Position numbers and translations under genes: made by a program. A DNA stretch of 50,493 nucleotides, from positions 1 through 50,493 of the forward strand of contig JBPOGH010000024.1 of NCBI GenBank assembly GCA_051252135.1, written 5' to 3'. The notes under the pieces are model-generated. The model saw only the letters and a program-made list of their open reading frames with translations, had not been told where the DNA came from and made no database searches. The stretch's first letter is position 1, and each line of letters starts with the position of its first letter. This document shows positions 8,742-20,300 of this stretch, piece after piece. The stretch comes from Verrucomicrobiaceae bacterium (GTDB lineage: Bacteria > Verrucomicrobiota > Verrucomicrobiia > Verrucomicrobiales > Akkermansiaceae).

Positions 8742-11700
8742 TCACTTCACGTGAATCACTCCACGCATCAGCAAAGCGTGTCCCGGGAAAGTGCAGATAA
8801 ACGGATACTCGCCCGGCTCACTGGGAGCCGTGAATTCCATCTCTTCGGTCTCGCCCTTTTCCAGAAGCTTGGTCGCGTGGAGGATATCCTCACTCTGCGG
8901 CAGCCATCCCAGCTTAAAGCCCTCGGCTCCCAGCCCAATCGCCGCATTCCCCACCGCATCCGCCGTCCCCGGCTTCACGATCACGAGGTTGTGCGGCATG
9001 AAATCAGGATTCACAAAGATCAGCTTCACCTTCTTGCCTGCCTTCAGCGTGAACTCCTTCACGTCGAACTGAACTTTCTCAACGATCGTATTCACACGCA
9101 CGGTCGTGAGCTCGGCCGTGTCGGATTCGACCCCTCCCTTTTTCGTCACCATTTCCTCTTCCTCTTCAATCACCTGCGTGCCCCTCGTCGGATCAGCCAC
9201 TTCCCAGAAGTGCTTCACGGTAGCGGCACCCTTGGCGGCATGCTTGTCAGCGGAGCTCAGAACTTTCGCAAGCAGCTCCTCATTCTTCACATTGTGCTGC
9301 TGATGCACCCAAAGAGCCTCCAGCATCGGAATACCATCTTCCTTCTTGGTAGGATCAAACTGCTTCACCCATTCCTGCGTCGCCGCGATCACTTCGTCAG
9401 TCGGACGCTCACTCAGCTCAACGCGCGTGCGATGACGCACCCCCATCACCGGGTGCTTGAAGTTCTCCAGCAATGCGCTGACTGACTCACCATCAATTTT
9501 GACCGGCTTCTGCAAAGGGCGATCCTTGTAGATCATGCGATAAATTCGACCATGCTTCTTGTCCCGATTCGGGTCGCGCACATTGTGCTGCATGTGCCCG
9601 ATGATCACGTTATGCCAATCGGAAACGTAAAGCGCTCCATCCTCCCCAAACACCGCGTCCGTGGGACGGAAATTGCCATCATCACTGTAAAGCAGTTCAT
9701 CCGTCGGCGTTCCCCACACCTCCCCAAATCCATACCCCTTCTCCTCATACCCATCACGATGCAGCTTGTACTGCTTCAGTCCAAGATAACCGATCGTGTT
9801 GCACAGGATGAAATTCTGCTGCATCCCTTCAGGGAAGTTACTGCTGGAAATAATGGCATCAGCCGCCACCGGACGGACTTCCTTGTCCACCAACGGGAAC
9901 ATCTTGAAGCCCTTCTCATGGGGCCGAACCTGATACGAACGACCACCCGTTCCATCATTCGCGTAATGATATCCCCACTGATCAAAGCTGATCCCATGGG
10001 GATTCGGGCTATTCGTCGCGTGGAAGGAAATGGTGTAGCGGCGGGGATCAAAACGATACATCCCGGAAGCTCCCGTGCTCAACGAAGGGCCCCAGGGGGT
10101 CTCGTGGTTGTGATGAAGGAAAATTCCACTCTGCCAGTAAATCCCGCCGTCAGGACCAAAAATCAAATTGTTCGCCGCATGGTGCGTGTCGGAAGACCCC
10201 ACCCCCTGCATCAGGACGTAACGCACATCAGCCACATCGTCTCCATCCGTATCCTTCAGGAAAACAATATCAGGCTGCGAGCTCACGATCACTCCCCCGT
10301 TCCAGAACTCGAATCCCAGCGGGTTGTGAACCCGTGCAAATTCAGTAGTCCGATCAGCCACCCCGTCCTTGTCATCATCATGGAAGATGAGAAGCGCATC
10401 GTTCATCTCCTTAAGCGGTTCCCACTTCGGATAGGTCGGCCAGCACGCCGCCCAAAGCCGGCCCTTGGTGTCGACCTGCATCTGAACCGGATTCGCCATC
10501 TGGGGAAACTTCTTCTCATCCGCAAAAAGATTCACCTCAAACCCTTCCGGCATGTGCATCTTCCCAATCGCCTCTTTCCCATCCAGGTATTTTAAATTTC
10601 CTTCCTTCTCTGCGCTGGAGCTTCGGGACCCGCCACCCACATTGGAAATCACCGGCACCGGAGGTGGCACGTTCGAGTCATCCACTTCCAAATCCTTACC
10701 GGCCGCACGCGCCCAAATCTTCTTGTCACGATTTGCCGTCGTCACATCAAGCATCTTCAGCTCGTGCTCGAGAACATCCCGATTGGTCTGACCGTTCACA
10801 AAGGCCAGCTTCGAACGCCCGCCCCACACATCATTTCCATCGGTTGCCCGATACCGGTTATACCAGTGCCAGTTCTTATCAATGACCGCTTCCCGAATCG
10901 ACTCGTGACTCGGAGACGCCGTCACCTCTTTCTTCAAAAGCCCCTTCGCAATCACTTCCGCCATCATCCGGTTGCCATCCTGATTCAAATGAACCCCATT
11001 CAGCGTAAGCGGAATATTGCTCGAGGAATAGAGATCCAGCGAAGGATGAAATAGATCCAAAAATGCCACCCCGTTTTCTTGGGCTGCAAGTCGGGTTGCC
11101 TCCGTGATCTTAAGAAGTCGCTTGTTGTTGGCACGACCGTTCGGGAGATTCTTGTCCTTCAAATTCTCGTGCGCAATCGGGCTCGCCAGAACGATGCGCG
11201 GAAAACTCTCCCCGTTCGGCTGGGCCTTGCGAAGATTCTTCACCAACTCAGCCAACTGCTTGGCGTAATCCTCGGGCGTCGTGTCAAAAGACTCATTGTA
11301 ACCAAACATCGCAATCACCACGTCCGCTCCCACTTCCTGTAGATACTTCGTCATCGAAGTGAACCCACTCGAACGGGGATACTGGTTTGCCCGGTCTCCA
11401 CTCAGACTCATGTTCCGGAAACTCAAATCCATTCCGGGAGCCTCGCTCTGAATCAACGTCTCCAGCCACCCATCGTGCTGCATCCGCTCCGCCAAACTGT
11501 TCCCGATGATCGCTATGGTATCACCCTTTTGAAACTGAAAAGGCGCGGGATCCCGATACCCTTTCGGAATCACCACCTGCTTCGCAGGATTCCCATCCGC
11601 ATCACGATAGCTGATTTCTCCCCCGGTCCGGTAATCGATATCCAAGGCAACCTCGGGTGCGTCGATGCCCTCAATGACCGAAATCTTTTTCCGGTCCCCA

Positions 11701-12101
11701 TCCAGTAGAATAATCTTAAAGCCATCCAGACGATCACCAAGGTTGTCGCCCCGATTCCAAATGCTGATCCCCTCAATCGGAACCGTCTTCCCAAGATCGA
11801 GCTCCCACCAGGGATTCCGGCCGTTTTGAGCCGTGTGGGTCTGACCGTTGCTGTTGTAATTTGGGCTCTTGTTTCCATCAATCGCTCGATCGGCCGAGCC
11901 ATTGCTTGCAACAGACGATTGCCGCGCCTTGCCTTCAGGGGCAACGTTCTTACCTCCGACGATGACTTCCACCTCGGCAAGAGTGAGAACACGGTTTTTC
12001 CCGCTAAGGCCAATACGCACGTATCGGGCATCGACTGGTTCGCCCGCTTGGACGAGCACGGATGAAAGGACGAGGATGAGTCCGGCGATGAGCTTATTCA
12101 T
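8742..12101 (-). CDS. Secreted multidomain protein: F5/8-C (fucolectin-like) + SGNH/GDSL + PVC-type membrane-bound dehydrogenase propeller + azurin-like blue copper domain
   Basis: Signal peptide; ADRAIDGN...HT...[71 protein letters not shown]...[10 protein letters not shown]. Confidence 0.82.
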   Translation of the reverse strand: MNKLIAGLILVLSSVLVQAGEPVDARYVRIGLSGKNRVLTLAEVEVIVGGKNVAPEGKARQSSVASNGSADRAIDGNKSPNYNSNGQTHTAQNGRNPWWELDLGKTVPIEGISIWNRGDNLGDRLDGFKIILLDGDRKKISVIEGIDAPEVALDIDYRTGGEISYRDADGNPAKQVVIPKGYRDPAPFQFQKGDTIAIIGNSLAERMQHDGWLETLIQSEAPGMDLSFRNMSLSGDRANQYPRSSGFTSMTKYLQEVGADVVIAMFGYNESFDTTPEDYAKQLAELVKNLRKAQPNGESFPRIVLASPIAHENLKDKNLPNGRANNKRLLKITEATRLAAQENGVAFLDLFHPSLDLYSSSNIPLTLNGVHLNQDGNRMMAEVIAKGLLKKEVTASPSHESIREAVIDKNWHWYNRYRATDGNDVWGGRSKLAFVNGQTNRDVLEHELKMLDVTTANRDKKIWARAAGKDLEVDDSNVPPPVPVISNVGGGSRSSSAEKEGNLKYLDGKEAIGKMHMPEGFEVNLFADEKKFPQMANPVQMQVDTKGRLWAACWPTYPKWEPLKEMNDALLIFHDDDKDGVADRTTEFARVHNPLGFEFWNGGVIVSSQPDIVFLKDTDGDDVADVRYVLMQGVGSSDTHHAANNLIFGPDGGIYWQSGIFLHHNHETPWGPSLSTGASGMYRFDPRRYTISFHATNSPNPHGISFDQWGYHYANDGTGGRSYQVRPHEKGFKMFPLVDKEVRPVAADAIISSSNFPEGMQQNFILCNTIGYLGLKQYKLHRDGYEEKGYGFGEVWGTPTDELLYSDDGNFRPTDAVFGEDGALYVSDWHNVIIGHMQHNVRDPNRDKKHGRIYRMIYKDRPLQKPVKIDGESVSALLENFKHPVMGVRHRTRVELSERPTDEVIAATQEWVKQFDPTKKEDGIPMLEALWVHQQHNVKNEELLAKVLSSADKHAAKGAATVKHFWEVADPTRGTQVIEEEEEMVTKKGGVESDTAELTTVRVNTIVEKVQFDVKEFTLKAGKKVKLIFVNPDFMPHNLVIVKPGTADAVGNAAIGLGAEGFKLGWLPQSEDILHATKLLEKGETEEMEFTAPSEPGEYPFICTFPGHALLMRGVIHVK

Positions 12102-12181
12102 AAAGAGTTAAATCCCTACGAACCTCGCCACCGAAAACCTCCAAGAAAAGCATTCTTTTCTCACCTGTCAGACTAATCGTC

Positions 12182-14047
12182 TCATTTTTCAAAAGCCATC
12201 ACCTCACTGAGCCGACTAAACGAAGGAAACGTCAGGTCCTGACACCCGTCCGTCAAAATCTTGATGAACTTCACCGGCCTCACCTTAAACCGATGAGTCA
12301 CAACGGCCCCCTCCCCCCGCATCCCCTTCTCCGTCTTGCCCACCGGGACAAAATTCTCCCCGTCAGCCGATACCAGCACTTCATACTTCTCCCAACTTCC
12401 GTTGATCGCCCGCTCATGGACCTCGATCCGTGAAACCTCCGCCTTCTCTCTCAGCTCAATCAAAATCTCCAGCGGCTCCGGCACCGTCGGAAATCCCAAA
12501 AAATGATCAAACTGATCCGGAATCCCGTTCGTCAACCGCTGCGGCCCAAAGACCGGCTGCGACGCCCCATCCGATGGCGTCACTTTCGCAAGGTAGGCCA
12601 GATTATCCTTCTGCGTCGCCTCATCCGCCACCGGCATCTTCGGCAATTCAAACCCCGAAATCTTCTCAAGCTTCCGCAACATCACGTCCTGCCGTTTCTG
12701 AAAATCCGCAAAATCATCCTCACCCTCACGATTCCACGCCGCACTTCCCGCCGCCGCCAACCGCTCCACGCAAAGCGGCAAAATATTCTCCTCACGCCCC
12801 TCCCACCAAGGCATGCAAAATCCCAGCACCCCTTTCGTCGTGTTCGTAAAATGCGGCTCCCCAAAGGTCTTAAACCCATGGTTGATGTGCGCAAACCGCC
12901 GCGTGTCCAATCCATAACACCGCTCCACATCCACCGCCGTAAACATCGTTCGCGGATAGTGGTCCACAATGTAAAGCGGGTCCCACGATGCATTCACGAT
13001 CTCGTATCCCGCATCGAGCGCCATTTGCCCCATCACTTCCGTGCTCCGCCAAATCATGTGCACCACATCCGTCGCCACCTTGTTCTCCCCCTCCCCAAGA
13101 TGCGGCCCTTCCCAAACAATGAGCTGCTTCCCCTTCGACTTCACAAACCCGTTAATCCGATTGATGAAATCCCGCTGCACCTCATGCGGCACCCCGTAAG
13201 CCTCATCCCCGCCCATGTGGTAATATGGCGTCGCCTTGAAAACCGAGAGCACCTCCTCAATCAAAGTCTCCGCCCCCTTCTGGGCCGATTCCAGAGTCGC
13301 CAATTCCGTCGCCGTCTTCCCAAACACCTCGGGATATTCCCTCCGCAAAATCCCGGAGTGTCCCGGAATTTCCACCTCCGGAATGATCGTCACCCCGCGC
13401 GCCTGTGAATACGCCTCCAGCTCCACAAAATCCTCCCACGTCCATCCCGCCCGCTCGCTGTAAAGCTTCGGAAACGCCTTCGAGGGCCACGAGAAAAGCT
13501 GATCGTCCGTCAAATGCAGCTGCAGGTAATTCACCTTATAAAACCACATCGTATCAATCACGTGCCGCAGCGTCTTCGGCGAATGGGGATTCCGCCCCAT
13601 ATCCACCATAAAACACCGAAACCCCTGATCCGGACCATCCTCAATCGTTCCCTCTGGCCAAGTGATCGTCCGCCGATCCTGTTTTTTGGCCAGCTGAAGC
13701 AGCGTCGCCGCCGCATGAGCAGCGCCTTCAGATCCAGACACCGAAACCTCCACATTCCCCGGCGCAATCTTGATCCGATAACTCAGCCCTTTCTCCAGCT
13801 CTTTCCGTTCCAATTTAATATTGGCCGGAACTGATCCAGTCATCAGGTAAATCTCCTCATCAAGAATCTTCTTCATCCCCTCCAGAAAAACCGCTGCTGC
13901 CGGGATCAGGCTCTCATCTGATGTCTTAAAACTTGGAACCTGAAACTCCAAACTCCGTGCTAGCTCGGCCTTCTGCGGAACCGGCACCACCTCCCCGCCA
14001 AAAACCGTCCCCAGCAGAACCATCGATACAAAAAGCATTCTCATCAT
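12182..14047 (-). CDS. GH20 beta-N-acetylhexosaminidase with C-terminal F5/8-type domain
   Basis: RCFMVDMGRN, LQLHLTDDQ, IIPEVEIPGH, catalytic HMGGDEA; signal peptide. Confidence 0.9.
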   Translation of the reverse strand: MMRMLFVSMVLLGTVFGGEVVPVPQKAELARSLEFQVPSFKTSDESLIPAAAVFLEGMKKILDEEIYLMTGSVPANIKLERKELEKGLSYRIKIAPGNVEVSVSGSEGAAHAAATLLQLAKKQDRRTITWPEGTIEDGPDQGFRCFMVDMGRNPHSPKTLRHVIDTMWFYKVNYLQLHLTDDQLFSWPSKAFPKLYSERAGWTWEDFVELEAYSQARGVTIIPEVEIPGHSGILRREYPEVFGKTATELATLESAQKGAETLIEEVLSVFKATPYYHMGGDEAYGVPHEVQRDFINRINGFVKSKGKQLIVWEGPHLGEGENKVATDVVHMIWRSTEVMGQMALDAGYEIVNASWDPLYIVDHYPRTMFTAVDVERCYGLDTRRFAHINHGFKTFGEPHFTNTTKGVLGFCMPWWEGREENILPLCVERLAAAGSAAWNREGEDDFADFQKRQDVMLRKLEKISGFELPKMPVADEATQKDNLAYLAKVTPSDGASQPVFGPQRLTNGIPDQFDHFLGFPTVPEPLEILIELREKAEVSRIEVHERAINGSWEKYEVLVSADGENFVPVGKTEKGMRGEGAVVTHRFKVRPVKFIKILTDGCQDLTFPSFSRLSEVMAFEK

Positions 14048-14171
14048 CTCTCTCTACGCAGTGGGCCACGAATCTTTCCCAAAGAACAGCCCGGAAGATC
14101 ATCACTTCAATCAATGATTTATTAAATACTATCGATTTAGAGAAATCCCGATCTTCCCTCACCCTAGCGGC

Positions 14172-14966
14172 ATGATTCTCCTCCTCGCTGGCATCGCCGC
14201 CCTCTTTCTCCTCATCGAGAAACTCTGGCCCGCCAACCAACTCCCCACCTCCCGGGGCTGGTGGACCCGCATCGCCCTCATCAATGCCGCCCAAGTTGGC
14301 GTCATCATCGTCGCCGGCCTCACCTGGGATCGCTGGGCCCAATCTTTCTCCCTCTTCCACCTCCGCGACCACCTCTCGACCTTCTGGAGCGCCACCGTCT
14401 GCTACGTCATCTCGACCTTCATCTACTACTGGTGGCACCGCGTCCGACACGAATCCAAATTCTTCTGGCGCCTCTGCCACCAGCTCCACCACTCCCCACG
14501 CCGCATCGAGGTCCTCGCCAGCTTCTACAAGCACCCGGTCGAAATCACCATCAACTCACTCATCTCGGCCACTCTCACTTACCTCGTCCTCGGCATCTCG
14601 GTCGAAGCCGCCGCCCTCTACACCGGCTTCACCGCCGTCGCCGAATACTTCTACCACTGGAACATCCGCACCCCCCGCTGGCTCGGCCCCCTCTTTCAAC
14701 GCCCCGAGTCACACCGCGTCCACCACGCCTACCAACACCACACTCAAAATTACGCCGACCTCCCCGTCTGGGACATCCTCTTCGGCACCTACCACAATCC
14801 CAAGTCATCCCCCAAACGCTGCGGATTCGATGAAGAAAAGGAAGCCCAATTCGGCTCCATGCTCGCCTTCCGCGATGTCCACCAACTCCCACCCACCTGC
14901 ACCGGCTGCCGCAAACGCTGGGCCTGTTACACCCAAAAAGATCAAGCCAACTCCTCCGCGTCATGA
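14172..14966 (+). CDS. Sterol desaturase / fatty acid hydroxylase family membrane protein
   Basis: His boxes YWWHRVRH, HQLHHS, HWN, HRVHH; NYADLPVWDILFGT. Confidence 0.9.
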   Translation: MILLLAGIAALFLLIEKLWPANQLPTSRGWWTRIALINAAQVGVIIVAGLTWDRWAQSFSLFHLRDHLSTFWSATVCYVISTFIYYWWHRVRHESKFFWRLCHQLHHSPRRIEVLASFYKHPVEITINSLISATLTYLVLGISVEAAALYTGFTAVAEYFYHWNIRTPRWLGPLFQRPESHRVHHAYQHHTQNYADLPVWDILFGTYHNPKSSPKRCGFDEEKEAQFGSMLAFRDVHQLPPTCTGCRKRWACYTQKDQANSSAS

Positions 14967-15415
14967 ACAAACGAAATCTCGCCACCGCCGCCATCCTCGC
15001 CGTCGCGTCTCTCCAAATGGTCGGACACTTCACCGGCTCCAAAAACCTCCGCGGACTCGGAATCCTCTCCGGCATCTCACCCTACCCCAAGGTCTTTTGT
15101 GAAGCCGATGGCTACGAGCCCTTCGCCGCCAACTTCACTCTCATCGGCGAGGACGCCACCGGCACCACCCTCGAAATCCCGCTCACCGCCGAGCGCTACT
15201 CCCAACTCGCCGGCCCCTACAACCGCCGCAACGTCTACGGAGCCGCCCTCGCCTACGCCCCCCGCCTCCCCGACGACCTCCGCGCCCACCTCTTCACCCA
15301 ACTCGATCCTCTCTTCGCCGAACTCAATCTCCCCTCCCTCGAAAACCCACGCCTCCGCATCACCGCCCGTCCCGGCGAAACCACCTCCGAATACCTCTAC
15401 CCGCTTTCAAAATGA
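14963..15415 (+). CDS. Hypothetical protein with N-terminal hydrophobic segment
   Basis: ATGA overlaps with both neighbours; host-like codon usage; motif GPYNRRNVYGAALAYAP. Confidence 0.75.
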   Translation: MNKRNLATAAILAVASLQMVGHFTGSKNLRGLGILSGISPYPKVFCEADGYEPFAANFTLIGEDATGTTLEIPLTAERYSQLAGPYNRRNVYGAALAYAPRLPDDLRAHLFTQLDPLFAELNLPSLENPRLRITARPGETTSEYLYPLSK

Positions 15416-17325
15416 ACTACCAATTCGCCCTCTTCCGCATCCTCTTCGGCAGCTACCTTCTCTGCCATTTTCTCGCCCTCATCCCCTACGGCACCGAGCT
15501 TTTTTCCGACCAAGGCCTCCTCGACTCCGGAGCGCTCAATCTCACCCCGAGCCCCACCTTCTTCTCCACCCCCGTCGCCATCCTCTGCCTCCTCGTCGGT
15601 TCCTGTGCCGCCTCCTTCACCTTCACCATCGGCCTCTTCCGGCGCACTTCCGCCGCCTTCCTCTGGTTCGCCCTCACCTTCCTCTTCCTCCGCAACAATC
15701 TCATCTCCAACCCCGGCCTCCCTTACGTCGGACTCATCCTCATCCTCACCACCCTCATCCCCACCGGTGAACCCTTGAGTGTCGGAAAAAAGAACCCCGA
15801 CTGGAAACTCCCACCCCTCATCCTCCCCGGAGCTACTCTCTTGCTCGCCGCCGGCTACACCTTCAGCGCCTGGACCAAGCTCGCCTCACCCAGCTGGATC
15901 GATGGCTCCGCCATCACCTACGTCCTCAATAACCCCCTCGCCCGCCCAAGCACTTTCCGCGATCTCGTCCTCAGTCTTCCGCCCGAGCTCTTGAAGCTCG
16001 CCACCTGGGGCGCCCTCCTCGCCGAACTCCTCTACCTCCCGCTCACTCTCGTTCGCAAAACACGCCCTTGGATCTGGCTCGCCCTCCTCGCCATGCACCT
16101 CGGCCTCATTGTCCTCATCGATTTCGCCGACCTCTCACTCGGCATGGTCATGATCCACCTCTTTACCTTCGATCCCAAATGGCTCCCCGCCCGCAAACCC
16201 ACCCTCCAGCTCTCCTTCGATGGCGACTGCCTCATGTGCAACCGCTTCATCCACTTCCTTGCCAACCAGGATCAAGCCCGCCTCATCACCTTCTCCCACC
16301 TCCCGCAGGACTCCCCACGTGACTCCATGATCGTCACCCGCGCCGGCAAGCACCACCACTGCTCTTCCGCCTTTCTCATTCTCCTCGGAGCACTCGGTGG
16401 CCACTGGCGCGCCCTCGCCATGATCGGCTTCTGCATCCCTCGCCCCCTCCGCGATCTCGCCTACCGACTCATCGCCGCCAACCGCCACCGCTTCTCTCGC
16501 AAAAAAGAATGCCCGCTTCCCACTCTCGCCGTCCTCGACCGCATCGTCCCGGACCTCGACGAATCACCCAAGATCCCCTCCACTCCGCTCCCCGCCAACC
16601 TCCTCCTCGGCCTCCTCTTCTTCGTCGGTGCCAGCTTCCTCCTCAGCTGCAGCCCCCGCGAAGTCCACAACGGACGCTTCCCCTTCTCCCTCATGGACCG
16701 CCCGCCCGGCGGCAATCACCTCAACCAACCCGAAGCCGCCTTCACCCAACTCAACCGCTTCTCACCCGGACAACAAATCCCCTCCGACATCCGCGTCGGC
16801 GATGTCATCGGCTTCCACATGTCCCACCAAGAAGCCTGGTCCTACCTCAAAAAAGGCTCCATCCAAAAAATCCCCTACGAACTCTTCTCACACGGCCACC
16901 TCGCCCTCGTCGTCGACCACCACGGCGAGAAACGCCTCCTCCAGCTCGCCATGAAACAAGCCGCAAACATCGACGACAACTTCACCTACCTCCACGACAA
17001 AAGCTGGACCCTCTACCGCCCCACCAGCCCCATCGATGAATCCCGCCTCGCCGACTTCGTCAACACCGCCCTCGTCAACGTCTCCCACCCCAAAAAAGCC
17101 TACGACTACTCCGGCGCCCTCGGCCTCCACAACCGCTCCACCAAACCCGAATCCCTCGACGACATCGCCTCGGAATACACCTGCGTCACCCTCATCCAGG
17201 CAGCCCTCCACTACGCCGGCCACCCCACCCGCTCCACTTGGCGAAAAGGCATCCTCGACATCATCACCCCCGCCCAACTCATCCACAGCTCCAAACCCAC
17301 AACCCGCCCCACAACGATGAAATAG
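15412..17325 (+). CDS. Fusion: HTTM-like membrane domain + DCC1-like thiol-disulfide oxidoreductase + permuted NlpC/P60-like domain
   Basis: FALFRILFGSYL, YTFSAWTKLASPSWIDG, MHLGL (HTTM-like); FDGDCLMC and LRDLAYRLIAANRHR (DCC1/DUF393); GDVI...HGHLALV...YDY...YTCVTLI (His before Cys). Confidence 0.72.
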   Translation: MNYQFALFRILFGSYLLCHFLALIPYGTELFSDQGLLDSGALNLTPSPTFFSTPVAILCLLVGSCAASFTFTIGLFRRTSAAFLWFALTFLFLRNNLISNPGLPYVGLILILTTLIPTGEPLSVGKKNPDWKLPPLILPGATLLLAAGYTFSAWTKLASPSWIDGSAITYVLNNPLARPSTFRDLVLSLPPELLKLATWGALLAELLYLPLTLVRKTRPWIWLALLAMHLGLIVLIDFADLSLGMVMIHLFTFDPKWLPARKPTLQLSFDGDCLMCNRFIHFLANQDQARLITFSHLPQDSPRDSMIVTRAGKHHHCSSAFLILLGALGGHWRALAMIGFCIPRPLRDLAYRLIAANRHRFSRKKECPLPTLAVLDRIVPDLDESPKIPSTPLPANLLLGLLFFVGASFLLSCSPREVHNGRFPFSLMDRPPGGNHLNQPEAAFTQLNRFSPGQQIPSDIRVGDVIGFHMSHQEAWSYLKKGSIQKIPYELFSHGHLALVVDHHGEKRLLQLAMKQAANIDDNFTYLHDKSWTLYRPTSPIDESRLADFVNTALVNVSHPKKAYDYSGALGLHNRSTKPESLDDIASEYTCVTLIQAALHYAGHPTRSTWRKGILDIITPAQLIHSSKPTTRPTTMK

Positions 17326-17374
17326 TTTCCCCTTCACTTGTCATACAATTTAATCCACAAGGGCCGGAGTCCGT

Positions 17375-20300
17375 ATGCCCACCCGCACCCTCCTCCTCTC
17401 CCTCGCCTCAGCGCTCATTCTCTCCAACGTCCATGCCGACCTCATCGCGCACTGGCGCTTCGATGAATCTTCCGGCACCACCGCAACCGAGGAAATCAAT
17501 TCAAACAACGGCACCTGGGTCCCGGGCATCGACACCACCCCCGACTGGCGCCCCACCGAAGGCCTCCTCGGCGGAGCCGTCGAACTCCCCGGAAACGGCA
17601 CCCACCTCAACTTCTTCTCCACCGCCGGATTCTCCCCCCTCAACGGCACACCCGACGGCATGTCCATCTCCGTCTGGGTCAAACCCAACGGCAACTCCGG
17701 CTACCGCGGCATCCTCATGACCCGCACCGTCTCCGATAGCGTCGGCGGCAGTGCCACCCAAAACTACGGCCTCGCTCATGACAGCACCGGAGCCGATGGC
17801 CGCGTCAGCGGACAAAGTGTCGATAGCGCCGCCGGAAGCCTCGTCTCCTCCACCGAGTGGATCCACGTCTGCTGGGTCTGGGACAACCAGGCAGGAAACC
17901 AAAGAATCTATATCAACGGCGTCCAATCCGGCCCCACCCAAACCTCCTCCGGCGCTCCGGCCAATCTCGACATCCTCTCCAACGGCGAATGGCGCATCGG
18001 CGATGACGCCTGCTGCCCCAATCGAAATTTCGATGGCTTCATCGACGACCTCGGAGCCTGGGACGAACCCCTCTCCGCCAACCGCGTCCAACAACTTTAC
18101 CAAAACGGCCTCAACGGTTTCGCCATCGGTGAATCCCCCGGCGCCACCCCCCTCAATGTCGGCCTCGTCATCAACGAAATCCACTACGACCCCGAGGACA
18201 AAACCGACCCCGTCGAGTTCATCGAGCTCCTCAACACCAACGCCACCCCGCTCGACCTCGACGGACTCACCTTCTCCAACGGCGTCACCTTCACCTTCCC
18301 CCCTTCCACCACCATCGCCTCCACCGAACACATCCTCATCACTGAAAACGCCGCCGCCCTCAACGCCGCCTTCTCCACCATCCCCTCCGGCACCCAAATC
18401 TTCGAGTTCACCGGCTCCCTCAGCAACGATGGCGAAACAATCACCCTCATCAACTCATCCGGTGCCGTCATCGATACCGTCGATTACCAATCCTCCTTCC
18501 CTTGGCCCATTTCCCCAAATGGCGAAGGCGACTCCATGCAACTCACCATCGCCACCCTCGATAACGACCTCGGCGGAGCCTGGAAAGGCGCGATCCCCAC
18601 CCCCGGCGAAACCAATGCCAATTTCTCCACCGCCGTCGCTCCCCTCATTCGCCAGGTCAATCACACTCCCACCACACCCACCTCCTCCCAAGCCACCGTC
18701 ATCACCACCAAGGTCACCGACTCCGATGGCGTCGCCTCCGTCAACCTCCTCTACCAAATCGTCGCCCCCGGTGCCTACATCCCCGCCTACCTTCCCAACG
18801 ACTACTCCACCCTCACCAGCTCCCCCTCCACCCCCCAATCCCCCAACCCCGCCTTCGAGGACCCCGCCAACTGGACCACCCTCGCCATGGTCGACAACGG
18901 CACCAATGGCGACCTTCTCGCCGGCGACTCCATCTTCACCGCCACCATCCCCGCTCAAATCAACCGCACTCTCGTCCGCTACCGCATCGTCTCCGAGGAC
19001 ACTCTAACAGATTCCATCCGCGCCCCCTTCGCCGACGACCCCTCGCTCAACTTCGCCTACTTCGTTTACAACGGCGTCCCCGCTTACACTTCTTCGACCA
19101 CCACTCACTCCGTCGAAACTCTCACCTCGCTCCCGGTCTACACCATGATCACACGCGATGACGACCGCGCTTACGCCTTCGCCTACTCCACCACCGGCGA
19201 CAGCTCGTTTCAAATCCCCAAAGGAAACGTCGCCGCCCGCCAAGTCTATAACTGGGGCTGCTCTCTCGTCTACGATGGCGTCGTTTACGATCACCTCGGC
19301 TGGCGACTCCGCCAACGCAACGACCGCTACGCCGGCAACGGAAAACGCTCCCTCCGCTTCCGCTTCAACCGCGGCAGCTACTTCCAGGCCCGCGACGAAG
19401 ACGGCTCCAAACTCCCCGTCAAATGGCGCCGCATGAACACTTCAAAAATGTCGCGCTTCGGTGGCACCAACAGCTACGGCCTCTACGAAACAATGAACTC
19501 GAAACTCTGGCGCATGGTCGGAGTCGAAGCTCCCTATTTCCTCCCCGCTCACTTCCGCATGATCGATGGAACCGACGAAGCACCCGATCAATACAACGGC
19601 GACTTCTTCGGCTTCACCACCGTCGTTCAAGACATCGATGGCCGCCTCCTCGACGAGCGCAAGCTCCCCGATGGCAACATGTATAAGCTCAAGGACGGAG
19701 TCACCAACCCGCTCGAACTCCAACGCAACCAGGCCGCCACCGCCGTCTCGGACGCTTCCGACTTCACCAACATCAAGGACAACCTCAACGCCACTCAAAA
19801 CGAAAGCTGGCTCCTCGACCACGTCGATTGGGACCAATGGAATCGCTACCATGCCGTCGTCGAAGCCGTCCGCCACTACGATTACGGCACGCCCTCAACC
19901 CACTTCAAAAACCGCGCTTGGTATTTCACCCCCGGCGGTTCCTCCTTCGGACGCCTCCGCATCATCCCGCACGACCACGACGCATCCTGGTCAAAAGGCT
20001 ACCACGATAACCTCAACGACGTCGGCAACTCCATCGGCACCGGCTTCCCCTGGGCCGCTATCTTCGGGGCCAACACCCGCCCACCCGCCGGACCGGAATC
20101 TCCAAATCTCACCCGCAACTACCGCAACTTCATCCGCGAATTCCGCGACCTCCTCTGGCAAGAGGAAACGGTCAACACCATCCTCGATGATCACTCCGAA
20201 TTCCTAAGCGCCTTCACCCTCGCCGATCAGGACCGTTGGAAGGACGCCCCCGCCGCCGCCGGCGATGAATCCATGGTCGATATCGAAGCCCTCCTCCCCG

